Positions 40,356 to 51,700 of a stretch of DNA of 64,000 nucleotides are shown one piece after another. Numbering within the stretch: the stretch's first letter is position 1; each line of letters opens with the position of its first letter. Origin of the DNA: Lama glama (Eukaryota). The notes beneath the pieces are model-generated. The model was given only the letters and a program-made list of their open reading frames with translations. It ran no database searches and was not told where the DNA came from. The stretch is from contig CM052818.1 in assembly GCA_028534125.1 (NCBI GenBank), positions 436,001 to 500,000 of the forward strand. Direction: 5' to 3'. Position numbers and translations under genes: made by a program.

Positions 40356-41200
40356 GTCTTAGGACAGGTTTCCCAGAAGCAGACCTGGAAATGAGGACTC
40401 ACATGCAAGTGATTTTTTAGGGAAGTGGTCTCAGGAGAAACCAATGAGCAGAGTGGGAGAGACAGGGCAGGAGAGGGGACAAAGTCCCACAGAGATGGCT
40501 TCAGCCTGGTCCCCAATGTCGACTGAAATAAATGCACAGCCTAAAAGTTGAGAGTTTTATTTGGCGGACATTTCTGAGAACACGAACCCCTTCGAGCCCA
40601 GGATGACAGCTTCCCAGATGGCTCTGAGGGGCTGCTCTGAAAGGGTAGGGGAGGAGCCAGGATATATAGGAGCTTTACAACAAAAACCAGGTGGTTGGAA
40701 CATTAAAAGATTACTCATTAACTAAAGAAAACCAGGCATCTCAAGTTAAAGAATGTAGTGCTTTTCTATATATGGGAGGGAAGCAAACATTTGGGCTCAC
40801 TGAATTCATTCCTTTGACAAGCACCTAGCTATCTAGGGCCAGTATCCTGTCCTTTCTTATTCTGAGTCCCCTCAGTGCACCATTGTGAGTGGCTGCAGAG
40901 GCTGGCCTGCGGGCTTGTCTTCACTGGGGGAAGGCAGCAGCCACTAGTGACTTGATGGCTCCAGCATACTTTGTCTGCTGATATGGCTGCTGTATTTTTC
41001 GTTCACACCAGGGATCTCTGGAGTATAAACCTGTCTGCAGGCAGTGAGCCCTGCTTTCCCAGTCACAGATCAGTGACTGGCAAAGGCATTTCCCAGGGGA
41101 CAGGAAGTCCCAGACTTTCCTCCTGTTCAGGAAAAGGGCTCCAGTAGGCTGAGGGCAGTCCCGCAAAGAGCCACAGACACTGGCTATTGGGAGAGAAGGC
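40356..41200 (-). mobile_element. Old ERVL LTR (LTR16/LTR33-like) split by a younger LTR
   Basis: tgtcttaggacaggtttcccagaagcagacc...tgcaagtgattttttagggaagtg resumes after 41008. Right boundary is approximate. Confidence 0.5.
40517..41007 (-). mobile_element. MER41-like ERV1 solo LTR
   Basis: TG...CA termini, about 490 bp, 4-bp flanks CCAA/CCAG. Minus-strand AATAAA (40556-40561) and TATA (about 40662-40668). The text tgtcgactgaaa..aaatgcaca.cctaaaagttgaga resembles artiodactyl MER41 (recalled). Confidence 0.7.
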
Positions 41201-42839
41201 ACGGGGAAGGTAGGATGCACACGCAGGCACGGCCAGAGGAGTGGAGCACAGACTCTCCCTGATGTTGAGGGGCATGGCGGGATCTCCACGTGGAGCAAGA
41301 AGGGGCGTCTGATCTGTTCCCCACCTCCACGAGCCAGTCTCACCCCACTTAGGGAAGTGTTATCTGAGAATTCTTCAGCTGAAGTTGAGTTCCGTGCTGA
41401 CGGAGGGGGAGAGCATGGATCGGTTACGTGGCTTGAGGAGTGTAAATCAACGGGCAGTAAATTAAAGATAAATAGAAAGAACAACCCCGGCATTGAAGGC
41501 CAAGCGGAAGGCAGCCATTACTTATAATGCAATGTCTGTTGGTGGTACCCCTGGGGCAGGCGTTGTGCTAAACGCAGCACAGGGATTACCCTGCTCCGTC
41601 CTCACCCCAGCTGTCTGAATCCAGAGCCCATGCTCTTAACCAGACCCTAGATGCTTCCTTTTACGACAAGGTATGTCAGTCAGAGCCATTCAGGGGAGCA
41701 GAGCCGCCACACACATTATGGGGGAATAAGGGATTGGTTACAGGAATGAGGCTGCTCAAAGGTGGGACAAGACGGGCAGGTGAAGGTCTGTCGGGAACAG
41801 TGGGACAATCAAAGAGGAGTCCCTAGGCCTTGAGGGCTAGCGGGGATCCATCTGTGGGCACATCTGTGTGTCACAATATCTGATCTGGGAGATCTCCCCA
41901 GAGTGGCTGAGGCTCACACTCTGCTTTCCAAATCCGCCCCAGGCTCTCTTTTGACCAACTCTAACTCAGAGCCCTGTTAGGAAGGGGCTTCTGGAAGCGT
42001 ACTTCCTTGCTTAACCGAATTGATTTAGCACGATCCAGTACCTTTGAATATCTTTGATGGAAATGAGGATCTAACTGACCAGACAACAAGCAGCAGAAGA
42101 AAGTCCGGGTCACATTTGTGTATGTTTATCTCCCCACTTCTAGTGGCTGCATAGCATTTTGGTGATATGGATCAGTATTTTATTTGTCACAACAGCATTT
42201 ACACACATTTGAAAGTAGTCATTCATTCCGAGCTCCCTCCAAGGACTAAGCAGAGTGTCTGGTACACAGCAGATGCTCAGCAAATACTGGATGAAGGAAC
42301 GGGTGCTGAATGACCAGAGTCCCCGTGGGGCAACATCAACTCTTATTCATAAACTCCAGCTGATTTCTGATAATCCCCCAGGAGCAGGAAGTGGCTTATT
42401 CCTCCAGATAAATGGGATGTAATTCTGCTCATCAACGTGCCACTACTTTCTGTCTTCTGGCCAGAACCTGAGATGGGATGAAAACGTCCCGCTTACCACT
42501 TCCAGGAGGAACTGATCACCACCTTTTTCTCTCCCTTGCTCCCAACAATCCATTTAATCACCCTCCTTCCTCGTGCAAATTGGGGGTGGGGCTCCAACAT
42601 TCATGTTTGTCCCTAGAGACTTTATGTTTTGGCCACAGCTGGACCAGAGTCTCTCTCCTGGAAATTTGGAATTATGACCAAGAAAGATAGTGAATTTTTA
42701 TGCATGGTAGAACATAATAAAAGAAGCCTAAAGAAATAAGGAGGAATAGAAGGATCACCCCTAGTATTGGGATAATTAACAGGCAAAAAATATTTTACTT
42801 TTTTTAACACTCTACTTCCAAAAAAATGTAAAAGCTTTT

Positions 42840-43755
42840 ATAAGCAAGGAACAGAGTGAGAGAAAATACTCACAAAGGACTCATGTGCAGAAAATACAAA
42901 AAATGATAAGTAAAAGACAGAGCCAATAGAAAAATGGGTACAGGACTTGAACAGGTCCTCCACAACAGGGGTCCTTGAAATGGCCAATAAACATGTGAAA
43001 AAAAGGTTCCACTTCATTAAAAATTGGAAAAATGCAGATTATAACTACAAGACACCATTATCCAGCAGAATGAATAAAATTTTAAAAAGCTGATCATACC
43101 AACTGTTGGTAAGAAAGTGGAACAAGCAGAGCACTCACTCACTGATGGTGGCACTGTCGATTGATACAATCAAACACTGTGGAACTGAATACTCCTTGGG
43201 GATATCTACTAAAGCCGGGCATACATATAGCCCATCATACAACAATTCCACTTGTGGGCATGCGCCCAAGAGAGATGCATACTTAACTTTACCAAAAGAC
43301 ATATTCAAGAATATTCGTAGTAATGGTATCTATAGTAGCCCAAATCTAGAACCTCCCAAATGTCCATCAAGAGTAGAATGGATAAAATATAGTGTGGTAT
43401 AGTGACATAATGGAATTCCATACAGCAACGAGAATGAATGAACTATGACTGCATATATAACATGTATCAATCTCACAGATATTATGTTAAATGAAAGAAG
43501 TGCTCACTATACGATTTCATTTATGTAAAGAACAGGCAAAACTAAAGTCTGCTGTTAGAAGTCAGGCTATCAGTTACCTCTGGGGGGTAGTAACTGGCAG
43601 GGGAAATGGATTCTGGGGATGCTGGTAACGCGCACTATTTCTTGATCTGAATCCGGGTAACGGTGTGCTCGGTTTGTGAAAATTTCACTAAATTGTACAT
43701 TTATAATACATGTTACTTTCTCCACTACATATCATACTTCACTATAAAGGCTTTT
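42840..43755 (+). mobile_element. Degraded old L1 3' region
   Basis: aaatggccaataaacatgtgaaaa...cccaaatgtccatcaagagtagaatggataaa...atggaattccatacagca. Confidence 0.7.
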
Positions 43756-43765
43756 AAATGACTTT

Positions 43766-43908
43766 AAAAAAATATTTCATTTATTTATTATTTAATCTTG
43801 GCAGGGGGGAAGTAATTAGGTTTATTTTTGTAGGAAGTACTGGGGATTGAACCCAGGATCTCCCCTATGCTAAGCATGTGCTCTACCACTGAGCTATACT
43901 TTCCACCC
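43766..43908 (-). mobile_element. tRNA-Ala-derived SINE (Vic-1-like)
   Basis: gtaattaggtttattt...gtactggggattgaacccagg...gctaagcatgtgctctaccactgagctatac. Confidence 0.85.
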
Positions 43909-45199
43909 TTAGGTGACTTAGGAGCTCTGATTTTTAGGAGCAGGTTAGTTGCCTTTCTTCATCTAAACCTGCCCACAACTTCCTTATTTAACCGTCACAG
44001 CGACCCTGATGGTAATGAAGGCAGCAAGACAGTAGGGACACAGAGAGCGTCTCAAACTTTTTGGATGAATATTTTCCCAAGTCCAAGTTTGTACAGACAG
44101 AGAAATGTAAGTAGTATTTTTACACAGAGGTGACTATGGGAGTGGGCAATGGGACAGACTTTAGCTGTTCCAATATTTATTAGCACTCCATTAGGTTATC
44201 CTAAATAAACTAACAATCTACTCTTTAATAGATTGTGCTTAATATAATATATGAATGTTATTTCAGCCATCCCATACAATCAACAATATAAGTAAAAGGT
44301 CCTGTGCCTGCTTTACAAGCAGTTGTCCCAGCCACTGACCCCGCCCCAACCCTTCTTGCAATCAGATTGGTTTCCTCAAATCTCCCCCATCTAAGAGTGC
44401 TGCCAGAATGCCGGTTTGCCTGTTGACTCCTGGTTTGACTCTTGTGGAAGTCAAGCAGGGAAAAAGGAAGCACCCTCTGACAACATTTCATAAATTCTTA
44501 ATTCTGAAGTCGTTATGACCATGGGGTGTAGCAGGACAAAGCCAGTCATGGCCTCACCTGGTGGAAGCAGCTCAGAATTGTCCCCATCCCTCTGCAGGAC
44601 ACAATTCTCCACCGACAGCTGCACTCCATTTATATACACCACCAAGCTTCTCTCTACCCTGGCTCTTCTCCAGCTTTTACAAATCCCATACCTAATCCCC
44701 ACCAGCCGCCCCACCCCAGACCTCACCCCTACTATTGTTCACTTCCACAGAATCCAATCTTAGATGGCTTAAATGACTTCCACGCTTGTCCCTGAGACTC
44801 CACCCTCTTTATCCTTATAAAATTTTTGGCTACTATTCAAATCGCTTGAGCGAACATTTATTCATTCAAAAGGCAAAATGAGAGGTGGGGTGTAATTGAT
44901 GAAGTAATTTATTAATTTATTCAATAAGGTTCCAGCATTGTGCCGCAAGTTACAGGGCCTGGGGAAAAGTCAGTTTGTGTAAATCATCAGGTTGAGTCAT
45001 TTTCCTCCTTCAAACCGTCCAATTTCTCCCCATATTAGAATTAAAAACCAGACAACAAACACTTGGGGCGGGGAGGGGAGGTACTCTTTTAAAATTACAA
45101 TTATTTTTATTTGTCTTTAGTTATGAAATTTATTTTAAAATGATACAAAAGTGCAAAGGTGATGGAAATACTAGCTTATGTCTCTGTTTAAATGTTGTT

Positions 45200-45472
45200 T
45201 GGGCAGTGAACGGAAACGAAGGCGAGATTCGCGCGGCGGCCACTCCAATTGTCAACAAACTCCTCCCGCACCTCACACTCGGCTTTCTCTCCGCAACACT
45301 CTCCTACAAACATCGCGAGAACAGAGCGGTCCCTTTGGCCCCCTCCCCCTTCCAGCTAGCTCAACCCCACCCACTTCCTGCCTGGCGATCGCCTGACGTC
45401 AGAAGCGCGTCGGAGGTACCGGGGGCGGAAGTGCTCTCGGCGGAAGTGATCGCTGCGTGACTCGTGGGCGGG
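45200..45472 (+). promoter_or_regulatory. DGUOK: DGUOK CpG-island promoter / 5' UTR with CRE, ETS (GABP-like) and GC-box motifs
   Basis: CpG-rich over about 45200-45730. TGACGTCA at 45394-45401, GGCGGAAGTG at 45424-45433 and 45439-45448, CACTTCCTG at 45372-45380, GGGGCGG at 45422-45428. No TATA box. Confidence 0.8.
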
Positions 45473-45614
45473 ATGGCCGTGGGCCGGCTCTATCTAAGGC
45501 TGCTGCGAGCACCCTGCAAGTCCGTGGCTCAGAGCCCACTCGGGGGCATGCCCCCCTCCAGGGGTCTACGCGCGGGGCGCGGGCCCCGAAGGCTCTCCAT
45601 CGAAGGCAACATTG
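45473..45614 (+). CDS. DGUOK: Deoxyguanosine kinase, mitochondrial, exon 1 (targeting peptide + start of P-loop)
   Basis: [47 protein letters not shown](A). Arg-rich presequence with no acidic residues, 142 nt, donor G|GTAAGG, strong Kozak gggATGg. Confidence 0.95.
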
Positions 45615-45948
45615 GTAAGGGCCGCAAAGTAGCTGCCAAGCTTCGGCCTCCACAGAACAAGTGTCTGAGAGGCTGGGAGAGGGAGGTGGGCCCCGAACCC
45701 CCTCCCTCTCGGCCTGATGCGGCCGGATTGCTTGTTCTGAGCTGGCAGGCCTTTCCCCTCACAAGGTGCAATGTGGGCTTTTGCTTCTTTGATTTTACAG
45801 ACGTCAGGCCTCAGTACGCTCCCACAGGGACACGTTTACTGGGGCCTAAATGCCACGCAGTACGTAGATAGGACAAGAGCTAGCTAGTTTGGATAGGTCA
45901 AAATGGAAGCGATAAGGAACAGGGTGCGATTTCTTTGTTCTCCTAAGA

Positions 45949-46124
45949 TAAGACTGCCAGATTTAGGGGAGAAAAAAAAATGTGCATTTAAAATAAGATT
46001 TCAGATAGCGAATAATATTTTAGTGTAAGTGTGTCCCATGCAATATTTGGAACATACACTAAAAAAACCCTAAGATTCAAATTTAACTGGATGTCCTTAT
46101 TTTATCTTAGAATAGGCAGCCCTA
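45949..46124. mobile_element. MER53-like palindromic hAT MITE
   Basis: Termini taagactgccag...ggcagcccta, internal gtcccatgcaatatttgg and attcaaatttaactgg. 8-bp flanks TCCTAAGA/CCCTAAGA. Confidence 0.7.
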
Positions 46125-46449
46125 CCCTAAGATAGTTCCTAACCTTCAGTCGTTCAGATACCACTTTCACTGTTTTTGCTATGTCTCTTTGCTAGTCCCA
46201 CTATAATTTCTAGCGTTTTTCTTAGAAGGTGCTCACTTATTAAGCTTTAAAACGTGTATGATATTAAGAATAACTGTTCTAAGAATAGAGACGCAGTATC
46301 TTAAAAATAATCCAAAAAAAAATGAAAACAAAACATTTCAATTTAATGTTACTACAGTCTGACTTGGCTTTTACCTGCCAAGGTGCTGAGCCCAAAAAAG
46401 GGATTAGCAAGTGTTAAGTGTGGAAAACATTCTAGCAACAAACAATTTC

Positions 46450-48760
46450 TTTTCTGGCACATTGAACAAATAGCCCTTTGAGTGACTTCCATATTCAGGT
46501 GCTAGAGATACTGCAGTGAACAGAGCAAATAAAAATCTTTGCTGTCAGGGAATTCTTAGTAGAGCGAGATAGACAAGAGACAACATGAATTAAGCAAAGT
46601 AAACAGTAGATGAGATAGTAAGGAATGTGATGGAGAAAATTCAGGGATGAGGGGTTGAGGGAAGTTGCAGTTTTTAAATAGAGTAATCAAGACAGGCCTC
46701 ACTGAGAAGGTGATATTTGAGCAAAAACCTGAAGAAGGTGAGGGAGTGAACCATGTGGATGACTGGGAGAAGAATCTTCCAGGTGGAGGGAAGGCCAAGT
46801 GAGAAGGCCCTGAGGTGGGAAGTGTGTTCAGGGAACAGTAAGAAAGCCATTGTGGCTGGAGTGGAGTGTGCACGGGGGAGTCGGGGGAAGATGAGGTCAG
46901 AAGGTGAGGAGTGGCTGGATTGTGTAGGCCTTGTAGTCCATCATGGAGTTTTCCTCTGAGATGGGAAACTGTTGGAAGGTTTGAGCAGTCAAGTGACGTG
47001 ATTTGACTTAGATTATAAAAAGATCACTCTGGCTGATGTGTTGAAAATAGAAGGTGTCAGGAAGTTGTTGTGATGACGAGTTGTAATGGAGGTGGTGAGA
47101 AGTGATTAGATTCTAGTTATATTTAAAGTAGGCACACTGAATTTGGTCACAGAAAGATGTGGAATCTTGGTGCTGATGATCCAGGCGTGATGTCAATCTT
47201 GAGGAGAGTTCATGGGGATGAGTGCTTCTTATGCCCCCACCAGCTTTTGTGTCCACAGAGTGAGCTGCAGCCACCACCACCCCCCCCTCAACTCCCCAGG
47301 AGACCCTCCAAGACCAGCAGATTTTTGAGTGGGTCGGATTATCCGAGAGGAGGCGCACTGGGGAAACATCCTTTGGAGAGTCCAGTAAAGACCAAATCAA
47401 TACATGACCCTCCAGGATCCCTCGAATGTTGCCTATTTATCCTGCAGCCCTTAACCAAGTAAACACCATTGATCAATAGGAACAAAACCAGAGAAAGAAG
47501 AGCCCGCCTGGTCTACAGCAGAATGAGAAGATGTTGGAAGCCAGGTGTGAACTTGATTTTAGCCCCTTCACTTTGTAGCTGTGGAACATTAGCCAAATTA
47601 AGTATCTATTCTACCTGTAATGTGACTTTAACCATAGTAATGCCCTCCGGCAGTTGTTGGGAGGATTCAGGGAAGTCCTGAATGCCAAATGCCGATACTA
47701 ATCAGAACTTTTTGAATAAGAATGTTTCTTTGTTTAAAGTAAAAAAAAAAAAAAAGAAGAAGAAAGTGGCATAGAAGATAAAGAGGGCTCAGTGATGACT
47801 CCAATCATTTTGGCCTGAGCAACTTGAGAGATGGAGTTCCAGTTTTCTTAGATGAGGAAGAGTGGGAAGAACAGCCGGAGGCCAGAGGGTCGTTTCACGT
47901 TTGGGGTTTTAGGCACGTTAGGTTTTTACACGCATTTTAGAGATCTAAGCAGGGTTGTTGAATAGTCAGCTGGGTATATAAGTCCAGAGTCAGACTCTCC
48001 CTGGACTGGAGATAATAAATGTAGATGGTATTTAAAGCCAGGAGCCTTCGTGTGTGGATGGAAAGGACTCCATCCTGGGCACACAAAGATTAGAGAGATG
48101 GAGGAGAGGGGAAGGAACCAGCAAAAGAGACTGAGAAGGAATGACCACTGAGATAGCAGAGAAACCAAAAGAGAATGATGTTCTGGAAGCCACATGACAA
48201 TGGTGTCCAGGGGCAGGGACTATAATGCCATTTAAGTAATGGAGCTCTATGGTGAACTTGAACAATTATAGGAGCGGGAGGGGTGAAAGTCTGATTGGCA
48301 GAGGTTCAAGGAGAATGGGAGGTGAGGAAATGGAGACGGTGGGTGAAGACAACTGTTCGGAAGTTTTTCTAGAAAGGGGAGACACAGGGTGGTAGCTGAA
48401 ATGAGAAGAGGGTTTGAGAAGGTTGTTTTCATTCTTTTTTTTCTTTTTCGTAAGAGGAATTAGATCATGTAAGCTGATAGAGAAGGAAAAAACTAGTAAA
48501 ACAGGAAAGAGGAAAGACTTGCCAGAGTGATTTCAGTAAGCAAGGAGGAGTGGAACCTGTTGCCCAAGCAGAGAGAGGCTGGCTTTAGCTAGGAGCACAG
48601 TTTCCCTAGGAACGGGGGAGCGCCAGCATCAGTGATTACTGACTCAAGTAGGTGTAGCGGGACCTTGGGGAAGATCGTCTGGTTGTGTCCGTTTTCTCAG
48701 TGAAACTGGAAGAAAAATCAGCTAAGGGTGAGTGTGAGGAGAGAGGAAAGACATGAAAGA
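46450..48760 (-). mobile_element. L2 LINE fragment, interrupted by a poly(A)-tailed insertion
   Basis: Typical antisense L2 text (ggcctcactgagaaggtgatatttgagcaaaaacctgaag; aaagatcactctggct; gatgactcc...ttttggcctgagcaact). The minus-strand peptide LPFLEKL...LNLCQSDFHP resembles L2 RT. Confidence 0.75.
47163..47755 (+). pseudogene. Probable 5'-truncated processed retrocopy (or 3' transduction) of an unidentified transcript
   Basis: Non-L2 sequence interrupting an L2, ending in AATAAG (47715-47720) then A15 (47741-47755). Imperfect flanking repeat AGAAAG(ATG)TGG at 47151-47162 and 47761-47769. Confidence 0.55.
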
Positions 48761-51700
48761 GTCTAGAGAGTGAGCGGGAGAAATGCAGAATTGCTGGGTG
48801 GCAGTAAGGACCCATTTATACTCAGTGGTCTTGAATTTAAACTGAGCCCAGTCACCAAAGCCAAATCAGAAACATGGAAAGGAATGAGACGGGAAGGTCC
48901 TGCTACCTGCCTGAGGGTGTTATTTCAAGGTGTTCTGTCCTGTACTTTGGGAACAGCAAAGGAAGCTCTGTCCTCAGAGCCCAGAGAGGAACAAAGCACT
49001 TCACCAAGTGAGTACTTTGTCAGGCCATCAGGTGAAGTGTGAGCTGCCTCTCACAGTTTTCCTGACCTTTTCTTCTTAACCTTCCCAGATTCCTGTGCTT
49101 CTTCCTTGCTTTCTCACACATCCAAGGCTCACTGAGTGCCTACTGTGCAGGTGGACTCAGATGTGGGCCACCTCGTATCCGCACAGTGAAGTGGGAGGAG
49201 CAGACTTCTAAACATAATTTCTGTAGCATGTGATGAGTGCTAGGTTTGGACATGGACACTCAGAATCTCTGGGGTAGGAATTCCTACCCCCAAGGAAAGA
49301 GTGTTCCAGGCACAGGAAGTAACACTTGCCAGTGCAGAGCCTGGAGAAACATACAGGGGTTTTTTGTTTTGTTTGAAACATGCAGTTTTAATATCGATCT
49401 TGTGCCTGGAGTTTAAAGGGCCTGAGAGAGGACGGTAGAACCAGAAGTTGGAAGGGGAGGATTTGCCAGATGTTGAACAGCTAGGGGTTTCTCGTTTGGG
49501 CTGTGGGAGGCTGCTGAAGACTTGAAGCCAGTATATGCCGTGGTCCAGATTAATCTTAAAGAGGAAATTGGCTAGAATGAACGAATAGACAGAAAGCTCC
49601 ATGAAGCAGGCACTTTGTGTGTTTTGTTTGCTGCAGGACTCATACTGCCTTGCATCCAGTTTGTTGAATGAATGAAAAGGAATAGAGTTTGGAGTAGATA
49701 GACTAGTTTTGTGGCTGTTGTATAGCTGAAGGGAGGGAAGGTGCAGGCCTGAACAGAGAATGGTGGGACAGAGAAGACATGATGGTTTGAGAGAGATTTT
49801 GGAAGTGGGATTAACGGGGCTTGGTGGCCACCTTGGAGGCAGGGGATAAGGAGGTTTAATTTGGACACTGAGTCTGAGAACCGAGGATGGAAATAAAGGA
49901 AGAGGACATCTGGGGAGGTAAGAGTGATACATTTTGTAGGAGGTGGCTCTGAGACGGACAGAGATTGCTGTTCTGAGGCAGACCGGAAGAAGAACCTAAG
50001 TCAGTAGAGAGATTGGAGCTAGGATCTGAGATATGGAAGTTGTTGACTTGTGGGGGTAGTTGTGGAAGCCTTGGAAGTGAACACAGTTGCCCAAGGAGAG
50101 TGTGACTAATGAGAAGTGGACTGGGGGACCTTAATCTGGCTCTTTCTAGTTTTATCTCCTGTTATGTTTTTCTCTATCACCCACACAGCCTGATGACTCT
50201 CCCCAGACAGAACTGATCACTGCCTCCTCTGTGTGCTCGCGTAACGTTCTGTGCCCAGAACGGCTGCAGCACTTGCGTCCTGTTGAGATTGTTTGCATAT
50301 TCCCTGGGTTAGCCACTTAGTGTCTTGCTCATCTCTGTATCACCAGCACCTAACCCACGCCTGGCCCGTTGCACTCATTCAGTGTTTACCAGATGCTTGA
50401 GTTCTGTGCTGTGATATCCTTGTGGAAGTTAGTCATTGCTGTCCACAGAGGAAATACATTAAACTTCTTAAATAGTAATCGTGTTCTCTTAACCACAGGT
50501 GGCACCCCTCCACACACACACCCAAATCAGAGAGTTGTCCACTCAGAAAATCTGAACAGGGGAAGGTGAACCCCTGTCCCAGCTGAAGTTAGATATGTGT
50601 AGAGGACCTTTTCTTGTAGTCCTGCTGCTGTAAATCTTGTTCATCTGATCCTGCACGTGCAGACAGCAGCAGACAGGAAGATGGGTCAGTGAGGTAGCAA
50701 CTAATGGCACCTGGCGTGAGTTACTAAGCCAGATGCCGTGTGTGATTGAAAATCAAATGCTTGCAACCTAGAATCGCTTACAATCTAAAAAATAAAATAC
50801 CTAGCCTATCTTTTAAGTGTATTCATCACTGAAGTGTATTTTCACCTTCCAAAGTAAGTTATTTTATGATTACAAATCTGAATTATTCTTAGTGAGGCAT
50901 CTCCGACTGTTTTTTGGTTTTTTCACTTTGATTTTCCAAGGTCTGACAGAGAAGAGGAAACTTCACTTTTGCCATCTAGAGACTTGTACATAAAGCAGTG
51001 GAGGAGTTCCCTAATAACATTTCCTCCAGCATTCAAAATTAGTGATTTAACATCACTAATGTGTATCTTTTACTTTCATTAAGTATAAACAATTGGACAA
51101 GAATCCTAGTGGGGGAAAGAGACCTATTTATTCCAAACACTGTATATTGGATTCTCTGTTTCTGTGATTCACCTCACTCCATCCATCCATCTCCAGTCTT
51201 AGCACCTGGCTAGATACTCAGGATGCAAGGAAACAGTTAGTCCCTGAGCTCCCAGCCTAGCTGGGGAGAGTGATGAGTCAACAAATAATTACAGTGTGAT
51301 GCCTTGGTAAAGCAGAGCAGGCAGTAATTAACTTTGCCCAGGGATAAGGTGGAGCTGGAGAGAGTTCAAGGAGACTTCACTGAGGAGGCGACAGTGAAAG
51401 GATGAATCAACTGGTGGGCAGAGGTGGGGAGGGCATTCCAAATCGATTAGAGCCTCATGCTGAACGCAGGAGTTTGGTAGTCTGGAAGCTGTGAGGAACT
51501 TCTTTGTGTTAACAGTTTCCCAAGAAAAGAAAAGAGAAGAGAAAAGAAGAGTAATCAAGGCTAAAATGTATCAAGTTTCTTTAACTCCGCTGAGTGCTTT
51601 TTTTTTTCCCCCAGAGTGCTTTTAGGCTCAGAGCCTACCTGATCCTGGATGCTTAATCTCAGTACAGGTTTCCTGAAGGCAGCATCTCAGCCTACTCCAT

